Of a DNA stretch of 61,500 bases, positions 1 to 9,197 are shown in pieces. The position numbers were made by a program, and so were the translations under genes. The notes under the pieces were generated by a model. The model saw only the letters and a program-made list of their open reading frames with translations. It had not been told where the DNA came from and ran no database searches. Origin of the DNA: a virus. Its lineage: Duplodnaviria; Caudoviricetes. The stretch is taken from positions 1-61,500 of IMG/VR virus record IMGVR_UViG_3300037484_001144. One strand, written 5' to 3'. Every line of letters starts with the position of its first letter. Within the stretch, counting starts at the first letter, position 1.

Positions 1-127
1 CAGCCAGAATAACTACGATCCGGGTTACTATGATGTTCTGCGGATAAATGCCGGTGCCGATGTTTCCATTACCGGGGTCACCAAAGGCAAAAAGGGGCGC
101 TTCCTGGAATTCTACAACGTCTCTGGT
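1..127. repeat. Terminal direct repeat (copy 1), circular-assembly overlap
   Basis: 1-127 identical to 61374-61500; 127 is a common assembler k-mer; an ORF reads in frame across the join. Confidence 0.95.
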
Positions 128-718
128 TTCAAGATTACTTTCCCAAACGAGAGCGCATCTTCTGTAGCAGCTAACAGAGTGATCAACTCAAGTGGAGAGG
201 ATATCATCCTCTTCCCCACCGGGCGCGTGCGGATGTATTATGATTCTACCCTATCGCGCTGGGTTATCCCTGACCCTCCGTCCTGGAAGGGCACTTACGG
301 AATGGCAACACGTGTCTCAACATCTACAGGTGAACAAAATATTGCAAGCGGATTTGGTGGGGATCAAATACTGCTAGACACGATTGACTCGGTGATCGGG
401 GATGAATATGGTTTTTTTGATGCTCCTAACAATAGAATTGTCATTCCGGTCGGCATGAGTGGCCTTTTTGTTTGCAGCTTTAGCGGATTATGGTGGTCTG
501 ATCCAACGGCTGGGACAAAACGGAAGATCCAAATTTTGCACAGTTCAGGAACTTTTTACCAGACAGCCATTCCCGCATTGGCAAACGAATTGATAGGCCA
601 AATAGTCACCGTGTCCGTGTTGTGTGCGCCGGGAGATACACTTGAATTTTACGCGGTGCAGGAATCTGGAAACCCCCTGGACTTCAAATTCATTCAAGTT
701 GATTTCGCGAAGATATGA
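2..718 (+). CDS. 3' part of an origin-spanning tail-associated protein (starts at 61228; 287 aa in total)
   Basis: Frame continuous from ATG 61228 through the repeat to the stop at 718; follows the tail-tip genes; beta-rich C-terminus. Confidence 0.7.
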   Translation, partial: SQNNYDPGYYDVLRINAGADVSITGVTKGKKGRFLEFYNVSGFKITFPNESASSVAANRVINSSGEDIILFPTGRVRMYYDSTLSRWVIPDPPSWKGTYGMATRVSTSTGEQNIASGFGGDQILLDTIDSVIGDEYGFFDAPNNRIVIPVGMSGLFVCSFSGLWWSDPTAGTKRKIQILHSSGTFYQTAIPALANELIGQIVTVSVLCAPGDTLEFYAVQESGNPLDFKFIQVDFAKI

Positions 719-725
719 GAATACT

Positions 726-1184
726 ATGAAAAAATTCACTGCTTTTCTGCTATTACTTCTATTACTTTACTTTCTTCTACCCGTGCACACCAGCAGGGAT
801 TATGGAGTTTATAATCCGCTTTCTGGTTTGATGTGGTGTAGATATACATGGGCGTGCATCCACGAAATAGGACATAAACTGGATGACAGGGGCGGGTGGA
901 TCAGTCATACGCAAAAGTTCAACGAGGCAATCTATATTTTTGTGGCCTCTGAGCTGATCGCCCATGATACAGGGAGTTACTCTTATATTTTAGCAAATAC
1001 AATATTGCGCGTGCCCGGTTCGATTGGAGGCAAGTTTTACTGGTGGGACAGGCAATCTGAGATTTATGCGACGATCTTCCAATCGTCTGATGGGAAGATA
1101 GAGAAAATGCCGGAGATTTTTCGCCCATTTTATAATTGGGAAGACGCGGAACGTTTGTTGAAGAAGTACAAAAAGTATCCATGA
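726..1184 (+). CDS. Membrane-anchored/secreted protein with HExxH zinc-metallopeptidase motif
   Basis: MKK plus poly-Leu hydrophobic N-terminus; HEIGH motif and a downstream E (SEIYA). Confidence 0.55.
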   Translation: MKKFTAFLLLLLLLYFLLPVHTSRDYGVYNPLSGLMWCRYTWACIHEIGHKLDDRGGWISHTQKFNEAIYIFVASELIAHDTGSYSYILANTILRVPGSIGGKFYWWDRQSEIYATIFQSSDGKIEKMPEIFRPFYNWEDAERLLKKYKKYP

Positions 1185-1195
1185 AGAGGTGAGAG

Positions 1196-2059
1196 ATGCC
1201 AAAAATTTCACAATATCCACTCAAAGCGTTGGCGGTCGGCGACTATTTTGTTACGATGAATGGCGGAAAGAATTACCAAGCACCGTTCGAGAACGCTATA
1301 CCTAGAGGGTATATATTCGGGTTGATCATGGATAACGGTGTAACAGATCCTGTCAACGATATAGATATTTCTGCCGGGGAGTGCAAGTCTACTGACAACG
1401 CCGTGGTTTTGAGTCTTTCTGCGGATCTGCGCAAGCGCCTGGACGCAACCTTTGTAGCTGGTACGAATCAGGGAATGCGTTCATCGTCCGTAGCTCTTGC
1501 CGATGCTACTTATCATATCTTTGCCATGCGGGCCGGGGGGGTAGACGATGTTGGAGCAGACACAAGCCCAACAGGGGCAAATTTGGTAATAGATCATAGT
1601 GCAACCAATCTTAGGCGAATTGGTTCTATTGTTCGAACCGGGGGGGCGATCAAGTCGTTTGTGCAGGATGGCGACAAATTTATGTGGATAACTCCTGTAA
1701 ATGATGTTAGCGCGGTCAACCCCGGAACGGCAGCAGTCACTCGAACACTGACTGTACCGACTGGTGTACGGGTCGAGGCACTCATCAGTGTAGCGGGAAC
1801 TGCCGCAGCAGCAGCAGACATGCCAGGAGGCATTCTCATATCCGATCTATCTCTAGACGATGTTGCGCCGGCGGTAAATCTCGCTTTTAGTGTCGAGATA
1901 TTTTCTACAAGCGCGATCAATCTCACACTGGGTGCAATAGACAGGGTTTTCACAAATACATCTGCACAGGTGAGGAGCAGGGTACAAATATCTACCGCCA
2001 ACACAACCCTAAGAATCAACACTCACGGATGGGTAGATACGCGCGGAAGATTATCATAA
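1196..2059 (+). CDS. Tail fibre/tail-associated structural protein
   Basis: 287 aa, A/T/G/V-rich; DIDISAGEC, RRIGSI and GWVD segments resemble tail-fibre C-terminal modules; last gene of the tail operon. Confidence 0.55.
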   Translation: MPKISQYPLKALAVGDYFVTMNGGKNYQAPFENAIPRGYIFGLIMDNGVTDPVNDIDISAGECKSTDNAVVLSLSADLRKRLDATFVAGTNQGMRSSSVALADATYHIFAMRAGGVDDVGADTSPTGANLVIDHSATNLRRIGSIVRTGGAIKSFVQDGDKFMWITPVNDVSAVNPGTAAVTRTLTVPTGVRVEALISVAGTAAAAADMPGGILISDLSLDDVAPAVNLAFSVEIFSTSAINLTLGAIDRVFTNTSAQVRSRVQISTANTTLRINTHGWVDTRGRLS

Positions 2060-2692
2060 GAAGGTTTGGTCTGCGCTAAAAACCTGAGAGATATATTTCC
2101 TTCGGATGCCTGGTTCAATCCAGCCACGACCCAGTAAAGCGATAGCATCCGCCTCTTCTGGCAGAACAAGAGTCTCTTCTCCGTGCACGATCTTTGTCTC
2201 ACCGCGAATGTACCTATATTCAGCAGGCAATAACCCTCTATAACTTTTTCCTGTCTCCCTGTCAAAGGCAGTCATTCCCTGATTGGTCACGAAGCAGTGG
2301 GAAAAAATCCTGGGCCCGGTTCGAATTACGTTCTGAATTCCCCAAGTCTCCGCACGGACGATGAAGAGATCCAAACAGAAGTCATTCAGCTCACTATATT
2401 TGCAGATCGCAAATTTCTTATACTTCTCCCCGTTCGCCTTCCTAATGGGCTGGCGCAACATTCGGGTCGCCTGCAAGCGTGCTAGAACTTGATCCAGGTG
2501 AGTAAGATAGACCGCCTTGGAACCAAACTCAGGGCGGGGATGCCCAGGCTTCGGGATCAGCAGAAGTTCAACGTCATGGCACTCTGGTTTATCGTTTCTC
2601 TTTACGGAGCCTACGATCTCAATTCGCTCAGAGACGGGGCGCAGGAGTTCCATGTACTGTTTGGCAACGTCCAGGGCCTGGTTATATTCCAT
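2054..2692 (-). CDS. Short family X DNA polymerase / Pol-beta nucleotidyltransferase
   Basis: VGSVKR...HDVELL (GS-R, DxD/E), LDLF and RTGP motifs of the PolX palm/thumb; no lyase or PHP domain. Confidence 0.8.
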   Translation of the reverse strand: MEYNQALDVAKQYMELLRPVSERIEIVGSVKRNDKPECHDVELLLIPKPGHPRPEFGSKAVYLTHLDQVLARLQATRMLRQPIRKANGEKYKKFAICKYSELNDFCLDLFIVRAETWGIQNVIRTGPRIFSHCFVTNQGMTAFDRETGKSYRGLLPAEYRYIRGETKIVHGEETLVLPEEADAIALLGRGWIEPGIRRKYISQVFSADQTFL

Positions 2693-3347
2693 CTTGCAGC
2701 CTCTTGAATTCGATCACCCAGACCCATGGATCGACATCCCAGCCAAAGCCGCGCTTGGCGTTCAATTCGTCCCACAGCACACTGTAATTAGCCACATACG
2801 GATTTAGCACGCCACGGGTGAAATGCTCGGGATGTTTTTTATATCGGTCTTTATTCCAATCCCAAACATGACTCATCCCTTCGGCTTTTGCGTCCTCCCG
2901 TGATATCTGTTGCACGCGTTCCACGCGGATGTTGACGACTTCCAAGGAGATCCGGCTTGCCCAACGCGGCATAAATATAGACGGGCGCCATTTATCGGGT
3001 TTATCGGATAGATAAGACTCCAACCACGCATCCGAGGCGGCAACAGTGTTTTCAATTTTGTGAAATGAATTATCTGCCGCAAACCTAACTCCATCCTGAC
3101 CCGACGCAAGCTCCTCGCAACGCCATGTCTCACGCACCCAAAGGTGATCACCAATCCTTCCATATCGACAACCAATGACCCCCCCGTGACTAGGATCGCG
3201 GGTTTCAAGTATTACCCACATATTTGGCACCTTCATTGGCAGGATATCGATCGGTTGTTTCTTCAACACTCGCCGAGTCTGGGTCTTCCGGTCTTCCAGA
3301 ATAGCTTTTACCATTTCTCCACTAAAAAGGATTGGATGTTCGTTCAT
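2682..3347 (-). CDS. ASCH/PUA-like phage protein
   Basis: MNEHPILFSGEMVKAILEDRKTQTRR, GDHLWVRETW, WRPSIFMPRWASRI, PWVWVIEF; start at 3347 has a GGAGG RBS. Confidence 0.8.
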   Translation of the reverse strand: MNEHPILFSGEMVKAILEDRKTQTRRVLKKQPIDILPMKVPNMWVILETRDPSHGGVIGCRYGRIGDHLWVRETWRCEELASGQDGVRFAADNSFHKIENTVAASDAWLESYLSDKPDKWRPSIFMPRWASRISLEVVNIRVERVQQISREDAKAEGMSHVWDWNKDRYKKHPEHFTRGVLNPYVANYSVLWDELNAKRGFGWDVDPWVWVIEFKRLQDGI

Positions 3348-3712
3348 GCTTCCTCCCAGTTGATCGAATCTGCCGTATCTGCGATCTTTTGAATATTTGC
3401 GCACTCCTCCCCTACCAGCTTGTCCACCATGGTGTAGCGTGCGTCGGCTTTCAATTCCTGCCAGTGCGTGCGGAGCAACTCCACGCGCTTGATAATACTG
3501 CCATAAGGCGGGACGGTGTTGTCGTCCTTGTACCACACCATGAACGCATCTGGGCCTTCTATGGCGATACAGGCTCGAATTGCCTCGTCTTCTTTTTGTA
3601 ACCATGCCTCATGGATTTTTTTGTTTTGCGCATCTTCAATTTCCTGCCTGATCTCCCGCCTGTACGTGGACGCCGCGCGCCCTGTTAGATTTCCGTTCAA
3701 AGTGTGTGCCAT
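3344..3712 (-). CDS. Hypothetical protein
   Basis: 122 aa; AAGGAG RBS; ATGA coupling to the next gene; directly downstream of the leftward promoter. Confidence 0.7.
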   Translation of the reverse strand: MAHTLNGNLTGRAASTYRREIRQEIEDAQNKKIHEAWLQKEDEAIRACIAIEGPDAFMVWYKDDNTVPPYGSIIKRVELLRTHWQELKADARYTMVDKLVGEECANIQKIADTADSINWEEA

Positions 3713-3733
3713 TTTTTCTCCTTAGCCAGGTGG

Positions 3734-3825
3734 ATATTACTATAAGTTGTACACCCTGTCAAGGAATTGAAAGGGGGGAGAAAATTGTGCAACCCTTTAC
3801 AAACTGTACAACCGCGTGGTAGACT
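3734..3825. promoter_or_regulatory. Divergent sigma70 promoters with three TGT(A/G)CAAC operator-like sites
   Basis: Minus: TTGACA(3762-3757)-17-TAATAT(3739-3734); plus: TTTACA(3796)-18-TAGACT(3820); repeats near 3746, 3785 and 3804. Confidence 0.7.
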
Positions 3826-3841
3826 TAGGTGTGAGGTAAAC

Positions 3842-4066
3842 ATGACCAGACTTTCAAACCAGGAAAAAAGTGCGCGGCGCTACGAATCTCTAACAAAGAT
3901 CGCCGAATTGTTCGCAGAGACCAACGAGCAATTCAAGGAAACCTGCTGGGAAGAGAAAGAGGATAAGTACATGGTGACCTGGCGCAAGCTGGAAACGTTC
4001 ATCAAGCGAAAATTCGAGGCGGGAGAGAAAATAAAAATCGTAGTAGAATCGGCGGGTGTTGACTAG
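3842..4066 (+). CDS. Small putative regulator
   Basis: 74 aa; GAGGT RBS; first gene from the rightward promoter; followed by a terminator. Confidence 0.55.
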   Translation: MTRLSNQEKSARRYESLTKIAELFAETNEQFKETCWEEKEDKYMVTWRKLETFIKRKFEAGEKIKIVVESAGVD

Positions 4067-4091
4067 CGATCACTCGTCGCTCCTAAGCCAT

Positions 4092-4131
4092 GATCCCCGA
4101 CCAGTCGTGAGCTGGCCGGGGATCAATTTTT
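4092..4131 (+). terminator. Intrinsic terminator
   Basis: gatccccgaccag...ctggccggggatc hairpin followed by aattttt. Confidence 0.65.
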
Positions 4132-4140
4132 CCAAAGGTA

Positions 4141-4168
4141 TTGACTCTTTCAATCTCTTGCTTATAAT
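4141..4168 (+). promoter_or_regulatory. Sigma70-like promoter
   Basis: TTGACT-16-TATAAT. Confidence 0.55.
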
Positions 4169-4368
4169 GGAATTGCGGGTGGCACCTGCACGAAAAAGGG
4201 CACAGGAACAGAATCCCTTATCGATTCTGAGGGTGGCCGGAGGTTTTTATTATCCTCCTAGCCAGAGATCATGGGAACCCCCAAAATGCGTTCCCTTTCA
4301 AAAGTGCCCTTTCCTCCGGCAACCCTCAAAGTCTGTAAGGGATTTTTTTTTGAGTTCATATCAGCCTA

Positions 4369-4396
4369 TTGACGGAAATAAAAATCTATGTATAAT
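4369..4396 (+). promoter_or_regulatory. Sigma70-like promoter for the HTH gene
   Basis: TTGACG-16-TATAAT about 20 bp before ATG 4417. Confidence 0.6.
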
Positions 4397-4416
4397 CTTC
4401 AACAGGAAATTTTCTT

Positions 4417-4659
4417 ATGAAAAACGGAAAGCACCATGGGAGCGGCCCAACTAACAGGCTGGTGGAACTAGCCCGGGCAAAGGGATACGAAAGTGCCTAT
4501 GAGTTTGCAACGGCCTGCAAGGAAAACAGAGTAACGTCCTACGGGCTGGCTTATGAGAAGTGGCAAACCGGCAAGGCTGGCAAGAGCCAGATCGATAACC
4601 TGCTTGCGATCACCAGGTTTCTGGGTGCAAGTAAAGTCGAGGAAGTGTTCGAGATGTAG
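4417..4659 (+). CDS. Cro/C1-type HTH regulator
   Basis: 80 aa; RLVELARAKGY...IDNLLAITRFLG...VEEVFE fits the XRE/Cro-C1 pattern; precedes the replication genes. Confidence 0.6.
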   Translation: MKNGKHHGSGPTNRLVELARAKGYESAYEFATACKENRVTSYGLAYEKWQTGKAGKSQIDNLLAITRFLGASKVEEVFEM

Positions 4660-4869
4660 AAATTAAAAAGCCTTCCGTCATGTGAACTGCCAGGTCCCAG
4701 ATGACGGAAGGATGCAAAGAGCCCATAAGGGCCCCAAATGCCTATATTTTCTTTTCCCCTCTCCCCTATTATATCAGAAAACCGCGCGAGCGGAAAATTA
4801 TTTATTCTTAGTATAACGACTTCCACCCTCTTTTTCAAGAGGGATTTTGCGCGCGCTTAGGAGACTCTC

Positions 4870-5145
4870 ATGAGTATTAGCCTTGAATGTATAGGATGCA
4901 GGTCTATAAAGGAATTCCCAGAATATGAGAAATACCCTGTTTGTGAAGATTGCAACGCGTGGGAGGAGGAACGTCACGAAAAGTTTCAACAAGAAGCGAG
5001 TGAATATAACACTTGTTCTTTATGTGGGTATGTTGGCCCAGCGATAGACAGTCACCACATTCACGGCAGAAAAGTTTCTAACCAAACGATCCGTGTATGT
5101 GCCAACTGCCACAGAGAGATCCATGCTGGGGTGAGGTTGATATGA
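4870..5145 (+). CDS. HNH endonuclease-like protein
   Basis: CxxC...SHHIHG...N...VCANCHREIH. Confidence 0.7.
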   Translation: MSISLECIGCRSIKEFPEYEKYPVCEDCNAWEEERHEKFQQEASEYNTCSLCGYVGPAIDSHHIHGRKVSNQTIRVCANCHREIHAGVRLI

Positions 5146-5891
5146 GCAACGCTCGTTTTAGTATCCTTCAAGCGCGCGCCGTCAAGGACAAACAGATCAG
5201 CGATGCGCAGTTCCGGACTCTTGCCGCCTTGGGAATGTATGCAGATGAAGACGGTTGGTGTTATCCGCTCCTATCGACTTTGGGTAAAGATTTAGGAAAA
5301 AGCAAGCAAGCAGTAGGGCGAGACACAATTGCTCTCCGAAAACTTGGATATCTTGAAGTCACTCCAAGATATGACAAAAATGGTTCTCGTCGATCTAGTT
5401 TATACCGTTTGAAATTTGATATACCCCGTCAACGTGAGGTTGACACCCCGTCAACATCTGAGGTTGACACCCCGTCAACATCTGAGGTTGACATTAACGT
5501 CCCAGTTAATGACCCAATGAAGAAAGACAAAGGGTTTGCCGAAATCATAAAACTTTACGAATCCAACGTTGAAGCCATCACTCCTCTGGTGGCTACAAAG
5601 TTGGGGTATGAATTCGACGCCTATTATAACGAACCAGATGGACCGAACTGGATTCCCTGGGCAATTGAAATAGCAGTTTCAAATAATGCCAGGAACTTCA
5701 ACTACATCAAAAAATGTCTATCAAACCGTAAAAAACACGGGAAGAACTGGAAACCTACAAACACGAACGGAGTGAACCATGAGAGCAGGAAAACAGACAA
5801 TCCACCAAGTCCTGAACAAGATGCCTCCAGTCGGGCTATCGCGGCAGCAATCCTCGCCGAGCGCGCGGCCAGACAGCAAGCCAGTGTGTGA
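5142..5891 (+). CDS. Replication initiator (N-terminal wHTH, C-terminal DnaD-like domain)
   Basis: YADEDGWCYPLLSTL wHTH; internal iterons; AIEIAVSNNARNFNYIKKCL DnaD-like motif; upstream of a DnaC-like gene. Confidence 0.8.
   Translation: MSNARFSILQARAVKDKQISDAQFRTLAALGMYADEDGWCYPLLSTLGKDLGKSKQAVGRDTIALRKLGYLEVTPRYDKNGSRRSSLYRLKFDIPRQREVDTPSTSEVDTPSTSEVDINVPVNDPMKKDKGFAEIIKLYESNVEAITPLVATKLGYEFDAYYNEPDGPNWIPWAIEIAVSNNARNFNYIKKCLSNRKKHGKNWKPTNTNGVNHESRKTDNPPSPEQDASSRAIAAAILAERAARQQASV
5423..5493. repeat. Iteron array, putative replication origin
   Basis: About three tandem 22-24 bp units ACCCCGTCAAC(ATC/G)TGAGGTTGAC with GTCAAC/GTTGAC dyads inside the initiator gene. Confidence 0.75.
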
Positions 5892-6561
5892 CATTTGCGG
5901 CGGTTCAAGTTGGGTTCGCCTGGATGTCCCATTCGGAGATCCGAGATTTGGGAAATTATCCCGCTGCACCTGCAAAGCGCGCGAGGATGCCGAGCGCCTG
6001 CAGAAACTTTCCGGACTGACGGAAGTAGAGCGGACCCTACGCCTCTCTGATATCAAGACAGAGGGGCGCCCTAAGACGAAGGACATGCTCGAGGCTTGCG
6101 CGCGCTTTCTGGATCATCCTGTTGGAACCCTGGTGATCCACGGCACCAGCGGGAACGCCAAAACAGTGGCACTCCAGGCGTGCGTGAATGCGTTGGTATC
6201 TGTTGGAATGGAGGCGGTCTACATCACAGCCTTTGACCTGATCTCCTACATTCGTGACGCCTTCACAGACACCACTGACATCAAAAACGAATCGTCCTAT
6301 GATCGCATTATCCGATTCGGAACCGTCCCGTTCCTGGCAATCGACGAGCTGGACAAGATCAAATGGACTCCCTGGGTCGAGGAGCAGGTGACTGACCTGA
6401 TTGATCGGCGCTATCGGCTCGCCCAGGACGAGCGGGCTGGGACTATGTTAGCAATGAACGGAGATCCGCGCGATCTGCCGATCTGGATTTATTCAAGGCT
6501 TTCCCAGGGTGAGATCATCAAAAACAACGACAGCGATCTCCGCCCGTTCATGAAAGGGTAA
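5779..6561 (+). CDS. DnaC/IstB-like helicase loader ATPase
   Basis: CxxC...CxC zinc site; Walker A variant GTSGNAKT; Walker B LAIDE; LIDRRY; SRL. Confidence 0.85.
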   Translation: MRAGKQTIHQVLNKMPPVGLSRQQSSPSARPDSKPVCDICGGSSWVRLDVPFGDPRFGKLSRCTCKAREDAERLQKLSGLTEVERTLRLSDIKTEGRPKTKDMLEACARFLDHPVGTLVIHGTSGNAKTVALQACVNALVSVGMEAVYITAFDLISYIRDAFTDTTDIKNESSYDRIIRFGTVPFLAIDELDKIKWTPWVEEQVTDLIDRRYRLAQDERAGTMLAMNGDPRDLPIWIYSRLSQGEIIKNNDSDLRPFMKG

Positions 6562-6563
6562 AA

Positions 6564-6785
6564 ATGGACACAGTGATAAGAGTTTCTCCCTTCAATCCAA
6601 AGCTGGTGACTGTCATAGAGCCAGCCGACCCTACCGTCCTGATGCGTATCAACGGGCACCCCATGCGCATTGTCGGGCTTCAAAAACTTAGTAATCCGCG
6701 CGGTGTGCATACAAAACAGGAAAGCGGCTGGACAAATAACCGCACCCAACCCCCGCCCCTCTATCTGGTGGAAAGGAAGGATTGA
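6564..6785 (+). CDS. Hypothetical protein
   Basis: Tightly packed in the operon. Confidence 0.5.
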   Translation: MDTVIRVSPFNPKLVTVIEPADPTVLMRINGHPMRIVGLQKLSNPRGVHTKQESGWTNNRTQPPPLYLVERKD

Positions 6786-7135
6786 TCATGATCCCAATTT
6801 TGACAGACGAAGAACTGTATCAGTATCTGCGCGGGGAACGGCATAATGCCGTGCGCGCTCGGGTTTTCGATGAGGCCTACGCCAAGTTCCCGATTTCCAG
6901 GAAAGCCTGGTGTGATCGGCAGATTGCAAAGCTCAAGGAAACGATTGGATTGAATGACCAGGAAGCCAAGGCGTTTCTGGCGGTGCTCCTGATCGTTTAC
7001 CATTCCAAGCCAGACGAGCATGACAACCGCTGCAGGGAAGGCGAGACAATTCGTTCCTTGATCGAGTGGGCCGATTCGGCCAAGAGACGACAATCAAAGG
7101 TGTGGCGATATGAGCAGCAAGTATCACAACCGTAA
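6782..7135 (+). CDS. Hypothetical protein
   Basis: AGGAAGGA RBS; coupled to its neighbours. Confidence 0.55.
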   Translation: MIMIPILTDEELYQYLRGERHNAVRARVFDEAYAKFPISRKAWCDRQIAKLKETIGLNDQEAKAFLAVLLIVYHSKPDEHDNRCREGETIRSLIEWADSAKRRQSKVWRYEQQVSQP

Positions 7136-7421
7136 GATCGATATCGATGGTGTGACATTCGACAGCAAGCGCGAAGCGAACCGTTACCTGGAATTGAAGT
7201 TCCTGCAGGCAGCCGGCGAGATCCAGGACCTGATCCTGCAACCATCCTTTGAGTTGCGTGTGGATGGCGGGAAGGTCGTCGGAAAATATTTTGCCGACTT
7301 CAAATACAGGGTCGGGATGAAGGTGGTCATTGAGGACGCCAAGGGCGTGCGCACGGATGTCTATCGGTTGAAGAAAAAGATCGTGGAAGCGGTGTATGGG
7401 ATAAAGATTGTGGAGGTGTAG
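7110..7421 (+). CDS. DUF1064-like PD-(D/E)xK nuclease
   Basis: SKYHNRKIDIDGVTFDSKRE...YFADF...IEDAKG...YRLKKK. Confidence 0.85.
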   Translation: MSSKYHNRKIDIDGVTFDSKREANRYLELKFLQAAGEIQDLILQPSFELRVDGGKVVGKYFADFKYRVGMKVVIEDAKGVRTDVYRLKKKIVEAVYGIKIVEV

Positions 7422-7705
7422 GATGGAGCTTATCTATGGTTTTGTTCTTAGCTTGTTGGTCAGCGCGGCGATCATCCTGGTAATTGCCGGCTTCCGCGCG
7501 CAGAGGAGGAAAGGATGAACTTCCTGCCCACTCTGGATTGCCTGAGCTGCCTGTTACTCATTGGGGCTATTCTTTGCCTTTGTGCAGCGTGGTTCGTTTG
7601 GATGATAAGGCAAACCGAGAACTTTCCGCCCGATCAGTAAATTACCTATTGCGTTTTGGGAGCAAGTGGGTATAATGTGATTACTCACTAAACAAGGAGA
7701 AGCAT

Positions 7706-7930
7706 ATGGATGTCAACAAGATCGTAGGGTCCCTAAAATATCTTGAAGGTAAATTAGGGAAGTCCCCTTCCACCAAGGATATCGCCGAGGAAGCCGGCTG
7801 CAGCGAAGCCACGGCGATCAAATACCTTCAGCGCGCGGTAGCACAAAACATCATCCTGCAACGGGGGGGAAAAGACGGCAAGTATATGACCCATGCCGTT
7901 GCGCGTGCGTTTGACGCACAGAGGGAATAA
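7706..7930 (+). CDS. Winged-helix DNA-binding protein
   Basis: SPSTKDIAEEAGCSEATAIKYL; AAGGAG RBS; TATAAT upstream. Confidence 0.7.
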   Translation: MDVNKIVGSLKYLEGKLGKSPSTKDIAEEAGCSEATAIKYLQRAVAQNIILQRGGKDGKYMTHAVARAFDAQRE

Positions 7931-7934
7931 CCCC

Positions 7935-8219
7935 ATGGATAACCTTATCGTCCGCACATCTTTTGACATGCTGGTGCCGAACGCACAGCACCAGACGATC
8001 GTGTGTACCGATCCCTGCCACTCACACAACTCCCCCATCCAGGATATGTACACGGGGCCGCTCAACGGCCATAAGGTTTCCCTCACTGTGGATGGGGATT
8101 TCTTCAGTGTACGCATTGACGATAACGGACTCACCGATCGTCACAACCTGAGTTTCAACGAAATGGACGCCTATATCAAAACTAAGACTGCAAAAAAAGG
8201 AAACTACTATCATGAATAA
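7935..8219 (+). CDS. Hypothetical protein
   Basis: Start chosen at ATG 7935 after GAGGG; in operon. Confidence 0.55.
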   Translation: MDNLIVRTSFDMLVPNAQHQTIVCTDPCHSHNSPIQDMYTGPLNGHKVSLTVDGDFFSVRIDDNGLTDRHNLSFNEMDAYIKTKTAKKGNYYHE

Positions 8220-9189
8220 TAAATTCGAAACGACCATCATGCAGGATATTCAAAAGTCCTGGAGCGATTTTGTAGCCCATTATGATCTTGGGGCACTCCC
8301 CGCCTTCCTGATCTTCCTGATCGTGGTAACGCTGGGGATGATCCTGAACTACCTCTCCATGCGCGCGGCGATCGGGCCGACCGCCGCTATGCTTGTCTCG
8401 GGTCTCTTTGAGTTCGGGATCCTGGGCTGGAAGTGGACATCCAGCCGGAAGCGCAACAATGACAAGCAGAACAGTCTGGTGAATGCTGCGACCTGGCTCT
8501 CCGTGCTTCTGGCGGTTGGGATGCTGGTGATCAACCTGTTCCGCACCACAATCGAGCAAAGCCTGAAGGCGGAACTTGCCCCTGGCGCCACCTTCAACGG
8601 CTGGCAGATCGCCGCTTACATCACAATCGGTTTTGCAGCCCTGGTCCATATCGTCTTCTATCTTCTGTTCGATCAAAACGATACAGACAAGGAATACGCC
8701 AGACAGAACAAACGTTCTCAAAACGAGATCTCCCAGCGCAGCCGGCAGGCGGACGATCTGATCGCCAACGCAGAGGCGGATCTGAATATTATTGAGAAGA
8801 TCACTGTGGAGCTTGAGAAGCTGCGGGTCAAATTCAAAAGCTTGCCTCACGCCCAGCTAGAGACGGTTCTGGAGAATGCGCGCCAGGCTCTGCTGGTTCA
8901 GTATAAAGCCAGTGCGTTGGTAGATGCAGCAACCGCAGCCTTGCCAGACATCGATCATAGTGGCTCGGTAGGCGACGATCCTGTCTCGCGACGTCCGGCT
9001 GTCTGGGTCCCTGATGAGGAAGAATTCCAGAGACTAAAAGAAAAGTATCCCGAGGTGCCTGGAACATTCGTCCCGGACGATGAAGATTTCAAGGATGCCA
9101 CCCCTCCAACCCAGGAACCATATTACCAACCGGTCCACCTGGAACCCGAGGTGGAATCCAACAACGGAAATAAGCCCCCTTTCAAATAG
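8212..9189 (+). CDS. Membrane protein (about 4 TM) with coiled coil and acidic tail
   Basis: Four hydrophobic segments, then a heptad-rich helix and a P/E/D-rich C-terminus. Confidence 0.75.
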   Translation: MNNKFETTIMQDIQKSWSDFVAHYDLGALPAFLIFLIVVTLGMILNYLSMRAAIGPTAAMLVSGLFEFGILGWKWTSSRKRNNDKQNSLVNAATWLSVLLAVGMLVINLFRTTIEQSLKAELAPGATFNGWQIAAYITIGFAALVHIVFYLLFDQNDTDKEYARQNKRSQNEISQRSRQADDLIANAEADLNIIEKITVELEKLRVKFKSLPHAQLETVLENARQALLVQYKASALVDAATAALPDIDHSGSVGDDPVSRRPAVWVPDEEEFQRLKEKYPEVPGTFVPDDEDFKDATPPTQEPYYQPVHLEPEVESNNGNKPPFK

Positions 9190-9197
9190 GGCCGCAA

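Noticed and set aside
1-127. 127-bp terminal repeat as biological phage DTR or att sites
   Set aside because: The length equals a standard assembly k-mer and it lies mid-gene; best read as a circularisation overlap
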